NCBI RefSeq assembly: GCF_963921235.1
Contig: NC_086097.1
Location: 139,378,001 to 139,442,000 of the forward strand
From: Mobula hypostoma
Lineage: Eukaryota
DNA: 64,000 nt
Direction of reading: 5' to 3'
Each line of letters begins with the position of its first letter. The stretch's first letter is position 1. Shown piece after piece: positions 15,001-27,000 of this stretch. Under the pieces are notes generated by a model. The model made no database searches and had not been told where the DNA came from. It was given only the letters and a program-made list of their open reading frames with translations. The position numbers were made by a program, and so were the translations under genes.

Positions 15001-18000
15001 ACTGCGGGATGGACGGTACTGAGGGAGTGTCACACTGCGGGATGGACGGTACTGAGGGAGTGTCACACTGCGGGATGGACAGTACTGAGGGAGTGTCACA
15101 CTGTGGGATGGACAGTACTGAGGGAGTGTCACACTGCGGGATGGACAGTACTGAGTGAGTGTCACACTGCGGGATGGACGGTACTGAGGGAGTGTCACAC
15201 TGCGGGATGGACAGTACTGAGGGAGTGTCACACTGCGGGATGGACAGTACTGAGGGAGTGTCACACTGCGGGATGGACGGGTACTGAGGGAGTGTCACAC
15301 TGTGGGATGGACAGTACTGAGGGAGTGTCACACTGTGGGATGGACAGTACTGAGGGAGTGTCACACTGCGGGATGGAGAGTACTGAGGGAGTGTCACACT
15401 GTGGGATGGACAGTACTGAGGGAGTGTCACACTGCGGGATGGACAGTACTGAGGGAGTGTCACACTGTGGGATGGACGGTACTGAGTGAGTGTCACACTG
15501 TGGGATGGACGGTACTGAGGGAGTGTCACACTGTGGGATGGACGGTACTGAGGGAGTGTCACACTGCGGGATGGACAGTACTGAGGGAGTGTCACACTGC
15601 GGGATGGACAGTACTGAGGGAGTGTCACACTGCGGGATGGACGGTACTGAGGGAGTGTCACACTGTGGGATGGACAGTACTGAGGGAGTGTCACACTGTG
15701 GGATGGACGGTACTGAGGGAGTGTCACACTGCGGGATGGTCGGTACTGAGGGAGTGTCACACTGCGGGATGGACAGTACAGAGGGAGTGTCACACTGCGG
15801 GATGGACAGTACTGAGGGAGTGTCACACTGTGGGATGGACAGTACTGAGGGAGTGTCACACTGTGGGATGGATGAGTACTGAGGGAGTGTCACACTGTGG
15901 GATGGACGGTACTGAGGGAGTGTCACACTGCGGGATGGACAGTACTGAGGGAGTGTCACACTGCGGGATGGACAGTACTGAGGGAGTGTCACACTGCGGG
16001 ATGGACGGTACTGAGGGAGTGTCACACTGTGGGATGGACGGTACTGAGGGAGTGTCACACTGTGGGATGGACAGTACTGAGGGAGTGTCACACTGCGGGA
16101 TGGAGAGTACTGAGGGAGTGTCACACTGCGGGATGGACGGTACTGAGGGAGTGTCACACTGCGGGATGGACGGTACTGAGGGAGTGTCACACTGTGGGAT
16201 GGACGGTACTGAGGGAGTGTCACACTGCGGGATGGACAGTACTGAGGGAGTGTCACACTGCGGGATGGACGGTACTGAGGGAGTGTCACACTGTGGGATG
16301 GACGGTACTGAGGGAGTGTCACACTGCGGGATGGACAGTACTGAGGGAGTGTCACACTGCGGGATGGACGGTACTGAGTGAGTGTCACACTGTGGGATGG
16401 ACAGTACTGAGGGAGTGTCACACTGTGGGATGGACGGTACTGAGGGAGTGTCACACTGCGGGATGGACGGTACTGAGGGAGTGTCACACTGCGGGATGGA
16501 CAGTACTGAGGGAGTGTCACACTGCGGGATGGACAGTACTGAGGGAGTGTCACACTGTGGGATGGTCGGTACTGAGGGAGTGTCACACTGTGGGATGGAC
16601 AGTACTGAGGGAGTGTCACACTGTGGGATGGACGGTACTGAGGGAGTGTCACACTGCGGGATGGAGAGTACTGAGGGAGTGTCACACTGTGGGATGGACA
16701 GTACAGAGGGAGTGTCACACTGTGGGATGGACAGTACTGAGGGAGTGTCAGACTGTGGGATGGTTGGTACTGAGGGAGTGTCACACTGTGGGATGGACGG
16801 TACTGAGGGAGTGTCAGACTGTGGGATGGTCGGTACTGAGGGAGTGTCACACTGCGGGATGGACAGTACTGAGGGAGTGTCACACTGCGGGATGGACAGT
16901 ACTGAGGGAGTGTCACACTGTGGGATGGACGGTACTGAGGGAGTGTCACACTGTGGGATGGATCAGTACTGAGGGAGTGTCACACTGTGGGATGGACGGT
17001 ACTGAGGGAGTGTCAGACTGTGGGATGGTCGGTACTGAGGGAGTGTCACACTGCGGGATGGACAGTACTGAGGGAGTGTCACACTGCGGGATGGACGGTA
17101 CTGAGGGAGTGTCACACTGCGGGATGGACAGTACTGAGGGAGTGTCACACTGCGGGATGGACAGTACTGAGGGAGTGTCACACTGCGGGATGGACGGTAC
17201 TGAGGGAGTGTCACACTGCGGGATGGACGGTACTGAGGGAGTGTCACACTGCGGGATGGACGGTACTGAGGGAGTGTCACACTGGGGGATGGAGAGTACT
17301 GAGGGAGTGTCACACTGTGGGATGGACAGTACTGAGGGAGTGTCACACTGTGGGATGGACGGTACTGAGGGAGTGTCACACTGCGGGATGGACGGTACTG
17401 AGGGAGTGTCACACTGTTGGGATGGAGAGTACTGAGGGAGTGTCACACTGTGGGATGGACAAGTACTGAGGGAGTGTCACACTGTGGGATGGACAGTACT
17501 GAGGGAGTGTCACACTGTGGGATGGAGAGTACTGAGGGAGTGTCACACTGTGGGATGGACGGTACTGAGGGAGTGTCACACTGCGGGATGGACAGTACTG
17601 AGGGAGTGTCACACTGCGGGATGGACAGTACTGAGGGAGTGTCACACTGTGGGATGGACGGTACTGAGGGAGTGTCACACTGTGGGATGGACGGTACTGA
17701 GGGAGTGTCACACTGTGGGATGGACGGTACTGAGGGAGTGTCACACTGTGGGATGGACAGTACTGAGGGAGTGTCACACTGTGGGATGGACGGTACTGAG
17801 GGAGTGTCACACTGCGGGATGGACGGTACTGAGGGAGTGTCACACTGTGGGATGGAGAGTACTGAGGGAGTGTCACACTGTGGGATGGACAGTACTGAGG
17901 GAGTGTCACACTGCGGGATGGACGGTACTGAGGGAGTGTCACACTGCGGGATGGACGGTACTGAGGGAGTGTCACACTGCGGGATGGACTGTACTGAGGG

Positions 18001-21000
18001 AGTGTCACACTGCGGGATGAGGACAGTACTGAGGGAGTGTCACACTGCGGGATGGACGGTACTGAGGGAGTGTCACACTGCGGGATGGACGGTACTGAGG
18101 GAGTGTCACACTGCGGGATGGACGGTACTGAGGGAGTGTCACACTGCGGGATGGAGAGTACTGAGGGAGTGTCACACTATGGGATGGAGAGTACTGAGGG
18201 AGTGTCACACTGTGGGATGGACAGTACTGAGGGAGTGTCACACTGTGGGATGGACAGTACTGAGGGAGTGTCACACTGCGGGATGGACGGTACTGAGGGA
18301 GTGTCACACTGGGGGATGGACAGTACTGAGGGAGTGTCACACTGCGGGATGGACGGTACTGAGGGAGTGTCACACTGTGGGATGGACAGTACTGAGGGAG
18401 TGTCACACTGTGGGATGGACGGTACTGAGGGAGTGTCACACTGTGGGATGGACAGTACTGAGGGAGTGTCACACTGTGGGATGGACAGTACTGAGGGAGT
18501 GTCACACTGTGGGATGGACGGTACTGAGGGAGTGTCACACTGCGGGATGGACAGTACTGAGGGAGTGTCACACTGTGGGATGGAGGGTACTGAGGGAGTG
18601 TCACACTGTGGGATGGACGGTACTGAGGGAGTGTCACACTGCGGGATGGACGGTACTGAGGGAGTGTCACACTGCGGGATGGACGGTACTGAGGGAGTGT
18701 CACACTGCGGGATGGACGGTACTGAGGGAGTGTCACACTGCGGGATGGACGGTACTGAGGGAGTGTCACACTGCGGGATGGACGGTACTGAGGGAGTGTC
18801 ACACTGCGGGATGGTCGGTACTGAGGGAGTGTCACACTGCGGGACGGAGGGCTACTGAGGGAGTGTCACACTGCGGGACGGAGAGTACTGAGGGAGTGTT
18901 ACACTGTGGGATGGAGAGTACGGACGGAGTGTCACACTGCGGGATGGACGGTACTGAGGGAGTGTCACACTGCGGGATGGACGGTACTGAGTGAGTGTCA
19001 CACTGCGGGATGGACGGTACTGAGGGAGTGTCACACAGGGGGGTGGAGAGTACTGAGGGAGTGTCACACTGCGGGATGGACGGTACTGAGGGAGTGTCAC
19101 ACTGCGGGATGGACAGTACTGAGGGAGTGTCACACTGCGGGATGGACGAGTACTGAGGGAGTGTCACACTGCGTAATGGACAGTACTGAGGGAGTGTCAC
19201 ACTGCGGGATGGACGGTACTGAGGGAGTGTCACACTGCGGGATGGACGGTACTGAGGGAGTGTCACACTGTGGGATGGACAGTACTGAGGGAGTGTCACA
19301 CTGTGGGATGGACAGTACTGAGGGAGTGTCACACTGTGGGATGGACAGTACTGAGGGAGTGTCACACTGTGGGATGGACAGTACTGAGGGAGTGTCACAC
19401 TGTGGGATGGACAGTACTGAGGGAGTGTCACACTGTGGGATGGACAGTACTGAGGGAGTGTCACACTGTGGGATGGACAGTACTGAGGGAGTGTCACACT
19501 GTGGGATGGACAGTACTGAGGGAGTGTCACACTGTGGGATGGACAGTACTGAGGGAGTGTCACACTGTGGGATGGACAGTACTGAGGGAGTGTCACACTG
19601 TGGGATGGACAGTACTGAGGGAGTGTCACACTGTGGGATGGACAGTACTGAGGGAGTGTCACACTGTGGGATGGACAGTACTGAGGGAGTGTCACACTGT
19701 GGGATGGACAGTACTGAGGGAGTGTCACACTGTGGGATGGACAGTACTGAGGGAGTGTCACACTGTGGGATGGACAGTACTGAGGGAGTGTCACACTGTG
19801 GGATGGACAGTACTGAGGGAGTGTCACACTGTGGGATGGACAGTACTGAGGGAGTGTCACACTGTGGGATGGACAGTACTGAGGGAGTGTCACACTGTGG
19901 GATGGACAGTACTGAGGGAGTGTCACACTGTGGGATGGACAGTACTGAGGGAGTGTCACACTGTGGGATGGACAGTACTGAGGGAGTGTCACACTGTGGG
20001 ATGGACAGTACTGAGGGAGTGTCACACTGTGGGATGGACAGTACTGAGGGAGTGTCACACTGTGGGATGGACAGTACTGAGGGAGTGTCACACTGTGGGA
20101 TGGACAGTACTGAGGGAGTGTCACACTGTGGGATGGACAGTACTGAGGGAGTGTCACACTGTGGGATGGACAGTACTGAGGGAGTGTCACACTGTGGGAT
20201 GGACAGTACTGAGGGAGTGTCACACTGTGGGATGGACAGTACTGAGGGAGTGTCACACTGTACTGAGGGGGATGGAGGACAGTACTGAGGGAGTGTCACA
20301 CTGCGGGATGGACAGTACTGAGGGAGTGTCACACTGTGGGATGGACGGTACTGAGGGAGTGTCACACTGTGGGATGGACGGTACTGAGGGAGTGTCACAC
20401 TGTGGGATGGACGGTACTGAGGGAGTGTCACACTGCGGGATGGAGAGTACTGAGGGAGTGTCACACTGTGGGATGGACAGTACTGAGGGAGTGTCACACT
20501 GTGGGATGGACAGACGGTACTGAGGGAGTGTGTCACACTGTGGGATGGTCGGTGGACAGTACTGAGGGAGTGTCACACTGTGGGATGGACGGTACTGAGG
20601 GAGTGTCACACTGTGGGATGGTCGGTACTGAGGGAGTGTCACACTGATGGACAGTACTGAGGGAGTGTCACACTGTGGGATGGACAGTACTGAGGGAGTG
20701 TCACACTGTGGGATGGACAGTACTGAGGGAGTGTCACACTGTGGGATGGACAGTACTGAGGGAGTGTCACACTGTGGGATGGACAGTACTGAGGGAGTGT
20801 CACACTGTGGGATGGACAGTACTGAGGGAGTGTCACACTGTGGGATGGACAGTACTGAGGGAGTGTCACACTGTGGGATGGACAGTACTGAGGGAGTGTC
20901 ACACTGTGGGATGGACAGTACTGAGGGAGTGTCACACTGTGGGATGGACAGTACTGAGGGAGTGTCACACTGTGGGATGGACAGTACTGAGGGAGTGTCA

Positions 21001-24000
21001 CACTGTGGGATGGACAGTACTGAGGGAGTGTCACACTGTGGGATGGACAGTACTGAGGGAGTGTCACACTGTGGGATGGACAGTACTGAGGGAGTGTCAC
21101 ACTGTGGGATGGACAGTACTGAGGGAGTGTCACACTGTGGGATGGACAGTACTGAGGGAGTGTCACACTGTGGGATGGACGGTACTGAGGGAGAGTCACA
21201 CTGCGGGATGGACAGTACTGAGGGAGTGTCACACTGCGGGATGGAGAGTACTGAGGGAGTGTCACACTGCGGGATGGACGGTACTGAGGGAGTGTCACAC
21301 TGCGGGATGGACAGTACTGAGGGAGTGTCACACTGCGGGATGGACAGTACTGAGGGAGTGTCACACTGCGGGATGGAGAGTACTGAGGGAGTGTCACACT
21401 GCGGGATGGACGGTACTGAGGGAGTGTCACACTGCGGGATGGACAGTACTGAGGGAGTGTCACACTGCGGGATGGACGGTACTGAGGGAGTGTCACACTG
21501 CGGGATGGACGGTACTGAGGGAGTGTCACACTGCGGGATGGTCGGTACTGAGGGAGTGTCACACTGTGGGATGGACGGTACTGAGGGAGTGTCACACTTG
21601 CGGGATGAGGGAGTGACGGTACTGAGGGAGTGTCACACTGCGGGATGGACGGTACTGAGGGAGTGTCACACTGTGGGATGGACGGTACTGAGGGAGTGTC
21701 ACACTGCGGGATGGACAGTACTGAGGGAGTGTCACACTGTGGGATGGACGGTACTGAGGGAGTGTCACACTGCGGGATGGATCGGTACTGAGGGAGTGTC
21801 ACACTGTGGGATGGAGAGTACTGAGGGAGTGTCACACTGCGGGATGGACAGTACTGAGGGAGTGTCACACTGTGGGATGGACGGTACTGAGGGAGTGTCA
21901 GACTGTGGGATGGACGGTACTGAGGGAGTGTCACACTGTGGGATGGACGGTACTGAGGGAGTGTCACACTGCGGGATGGACAGTACTGAGGGAGTGTCAC
22001 ACTGCGGGATGGACGGTACTGAGGGAGTGTCACACTGCGGGATGGACGGTACTGAGGGAGTGTCACACTGCGGGATGGACGGTACTGAGGGAGTGTCACA
22101 CTGCGGGATGGACGGTACTGAGGGAGTGTCACACTGCGGGATGGACGGTACTGAGGGAGTGTCACACTGCGGGATGGACGGTACTGAGGGAGTGTCACAC
22201 TGCGGGATGGACGGTACTGAGGGAGTGTCACACTGCGGGATGGACGGTACTGATGGAGTGTCACACTGCGGGATGGACGGTACTGAGGGAGTGTCACACT
22301 GCGGGATGGACGGTACTGAGGGAGTGTCACACTGCGGGATGGACAGTACTGAGGGAGTGTCACACTGCGGGATGGACGGTACTGAGTAGAGTGTCACACT
22401 GCGGGATGGAGAGTACTGAGGGAGTGTCACACTGCGGGATGGACAGTACTGAGGGAGTGTCACACTGCGGGATGGACGGTACTGAGGGAGTGTCAGACTG
22501 TGGGATGGTCGGTACTGAGGGAGTGTCACACTGTGGGATGGCCGGTACTGAGGGAGTGTCAGACTGCGGGATGGTCGGTACTGAGGGAGTGTCACACTGC
22601 GGGATGGACGGTACTGAGGGAGTGTCACACTGCGGGATGGACGGTACTGAGTGAGTGTCACACTGCGGGATGGACGTTACTGATGGAGTGTCACACTGCG
22701 GTATGGAGAGTACTGAGTGAGTGTCACACTGCGGGATGGACGGTACTGATGGAGTGTCACACTGCGGTATGGAGAGTACTGAGGGAGTGTCACACTGCGG
22801 GATGGACGGTACTGAGGGAGAGTCACACTGCGGGATGGACAGTACTGAGGGAGTGTCACACTGCGGGATGGAGAGTACTGAGGGAGTGTCACACTGCGGG
22901 ATGGACGGTACTGAGGGAGTGTCACACTGCGGGATGGACGGTACTGAGGGAGAGTCACACTGCGGGATGGACAGTACTGAGGGAGTGTCACACTGCGGGA
23001 TGGAGAGTACTGAGGGAGTGTCACACTGCGGGATGGACGGTACTGAGGGAGTGTCACACTGCGGGATGGACAGTACTGAGGGAGTGTCACACTGCGGGAT
23101 GGACGGTACTGAGTGAGTGTCACACTGCGGGATGGACGGTACTGAGGGAGTGTCACACTGCGGGATGGACGGTACTGAGGGAGTGTCACACTGCGGGATG
23201 GACGGTACTGAGGGATTGTCACACTGCGGGATGGAGAGTACTGAGGGAGTGTCACACTGCGGGATGGACGGTACTGAGGGAGTGTCACACTGCGGGATGG
23301 ACAGTACTGAGGGCGTGTCACACTGCGGGATGGACGGTACTGAGTGAGTGTCACACTGCGGGATGGACGGTACTGAGGGAGTGTCACACTGCGGGATGGA
23401 CGGTACTGAGGGAGTGTCACACTGCGGGATGGACGGTACTGATGGAGTGTCACACTGCGGGATGGTCGGTACTGAGGGAGTGTCACACTGTGGGATGGAC
23501 AATACTGATGGAGTGTCACATTGTGGGATAGACGGTACTGAGGGAGTGTCACACTGCGGGATGGTCGGTACTGAGGGAGTGTCACACTGTGGGATGGAGA
23601 GTACAGAGGGAGTGTCACACTGCGGGATGGACAGTACTGAGGGAGTGTTAGACTGTGGGATGGTTGGTACTGAGGGAGTGTCAGACTGTGGGATGGATGG
23701 TACTGAGGGAGTGTCAGACTGTGGGATGGTCGGTACTGAGAGATTGTCACACTATAGGATGGAGAGTACTCAGGGAGTGTCACACTGCGGGATGGACGGT
23801 ACTGAGTGAGTGTCACACTTCGGGATGGACGGTACTGAGGGAGTGTCACACTGCGGGATGGACGGTAATGAGGGAGTGTCACACTGCGGGATGGACGGTA
23901 CTGAGGGAGTGTCACACTGCGGGATGGACGGTACTGAGGGAGTGTCACACTGCGGGATGGACGGTACTGATGGAGTGTCACACTGCGGGATGGTCGGTAC

Positions 24001-27000
24001 TGAGGGAGTGTCACACTGTGGGATGGACAGTACTGATGGAGTGTCACACTGTGGGATAGACGGTACTGAGGGAGTGTCACACTGCGGGATGGTCGGTACT
24101 GAGGGAGTGTCACACGTGTCACACTGTGGGATGGAGAGTACAGAGTGAGTGTCACACTGCGGGATGGACAGTACTGAGGGAGTGTCAGACTGTGGGATGG
24201 TTGGTACTGAGGGAGTGTCAGACTGTGGGATGGATGGTACTGAGGGAGTGTCAGACTGTGGGATGGTCGGTACTGAGAGATTGTCACACTATAGGATGGA
24301 GAGTACTCAGGGAGTGTCACACTGCGGGATGGACAGTACAGAGGGAGTGTCACACTGCGGGATGGACGGTACTGAGGGAGTGTCAGACTGTGGGATGGTC
24401 GGTACTGAGGGAGTGTCACACTGTGGGATGGACGGTACTGAGGGAGTGTCAGACTGCGGGATGGTCGGTACTGAGGGAGTGTCACACTGCGGGATGGACG
24501 GTACTGAGGGAGTGTCACACTGCGGGACGGAGGGTACTGAGGGATTGTCACACTGCGGGATGGAGAGTACTGAGGGAGTGTCACACTGCGGGATGGACGG
24601 TACTGAGGGAGTGTCACACTGCGGGATGGACGGTACTGAGGGAGTGTCACACTGCGGGATGGACGGTACTGATGGAGTGTCACACTGCGGGATGGTCGGT
24701 ACTGAGGGAGTGTCACACTGTGGGATGGACAATACTGATGGAGTGTCACATTCTGGGATAGACGGTACTGAGGGAGTGTCACACTGCGGGATGGTCGGTA
24801 CTGAGGGAGTGTCACACTGTGGGATGGAGAGTACAGAGGGAGTGTCACACTGCGGGATGGACAGTACTGAGGGAGTGTTAGACTGTGGGATGGTTGGTAC
24901 TGAGGGAGTGTCAGACTGTGGGATGGATGGTACTGAGGGAGTGTCAGACTGTGGGATGGTCGGTACTGAGAGATTGTCACACTATAGGATGGAGAGTACT
25001 CAGGGAGTGTCACACTGCGGGATGGACGGTACTGAGTGAGTGTCACACTGCGGGATGGACGGTACTGAGGGAGTGTCACACTGCGGGATGGACGGTAATG
25101 AGGGAGTGTCACACTGCGGGATGGACGGTACTGAGGGAGTGTCACACTGCGGGATGGACGGTACTGAGGGAGTGTCACACTGCGGGATGGACGGTACTGA
25201 TGGAGTGTCAGACTGCGGGATGGTCGGTACTGAGGGAGTGTCACACTGTGGGATGGACAGTACTGATGGAGTGTCACACTGCGGGATGGACGGTACTGAG
25301 GGAGTGTCAGACTGTGGGATGGTCGGTACTGAGGGAGTGTCACACTGCGGGATGGACAGTACTGAGGGAGTGTCACACTGCGGGATGGACGGTACTGAGT
25401 AGGTGTCACACTGCGGGATGGACGGTACTGAGGGAGTGTCACACTGCGGGATGGACGGTAATGAGGGAGTGTCACACTGCGGGATGGACGGTACTGAGGG
25501 AGTGTCAGACTGTGGGATGGTCGGTACTGAGAGATTGTCACACTATAGGATGGAGAGTACTCAGGGAGTGTCACACTGCGGGATGGACAGTACAGAGGGA
25601 GTGTCACACTGCGGGATGGACGGTACTGAGGGAGTGTCAGACTGTGGGATGGTCGGTACTGAGGGAGTGTCACACTGTGGGATGGACGGTACTGAGGGAG
25701 TGTCAGACTGCGGGATGGTCGGTACTGAGGGAGTGTCACACTGCGGGATGGACGGTACTGAGGGAGTGTCACACTGCGGGATGGACGGTACTGAGTGAGT
25801 GTCACACTGCGGGATGGACGTTACTGATGGAGTGTCACACTGCGGTATGGAGAGTACTGAGTGAGTGTCACACTGCGGGATGGACGGTACTGATGGAGTG
25901 TCACACTGCGGTATGGAGAGTACTGAGGGAGTGTCACACTGCGGGATGGACGGTACTGAGGGAGAGTCACACTGCGGGATGGACAGTACTGAGGGAGTGT
26001 CACACTGCGGGATGGAGAGTACTGAGGGAGTGTCACACTGCGGGATGGACGGTACTGAGGGAGTGTCACACTGCGGGATGGACGGTACTGAGGGAGTGTC
26101 ACACTGTGGGATGGACAGTACTGAGGGAGTGTCACACTGTGGGATGGACAGTACTGAGGGAGTGTCAGACTGTGGGATGGACGGTACTGAGGGAGTGTCA
26201 CACTGTGGGATGGACGGTACTGAGGGAGTGTCACACTGTGGGATGGACGGTACTGAGGGAGTGTCACACTGTGGGATGGACAGTACTGAGGGAGTGTCAC
26301 ACTGTGGGATGGACAGTACTGAGGGAGTGTCACACTGTGGGATGGACAGTACTGAGGGAGTGTCACACTGTGGGATGGACAGTACTGAGGGAGTGTCACA
26401 CTGTGGGATGGACAGTACTGAGGGAGTGTCACACTGTGGGATGGACAGTACTGAGGGAGTGTCACACTGTGGGATGGACAGTACTGAGGGAGTGTCACAC
26501 TGTGGGATGGACAGTACTGAGGGAGTGTCACACTGTGGGATGGACAGTACTGAGGGAGTGTCAGACTGTGGGATGGACAGTACTGAGGGAGTGTCAGACT
26601 GTGGGATGGACAGTACTGAGGGAGTGTCACACTGTGGGATGGACAGTACTGAGGGAGTGTCACACTGTGGGATGGACAGTACTGAGGGAGTGTCACACTG
26701 TGGGATGGACGGTACTGAGGGAGTGTCACACTGTGGGATGGACGGTACTGAGGGAGTGTCACACTGTGGGATGGACGGTACTGAGGGAGTGTCACACTGT
26801 GGGATGGACGGTATGGAGGGAGTGTCACACTGTGGGATGGACAGTACTGAGGGAGTGTCACACTGTGGGATGGACAGTACTGAGGGAGTGTCACACTGTG
26901 GGATGGACGGTACTGAGGGAGTGTCACACTGTGGGATGGACAGTACTGAGGGGGTGTCACACTGTGGGATGGACAGTACTGAGCGAGTGTCACACTGTGG

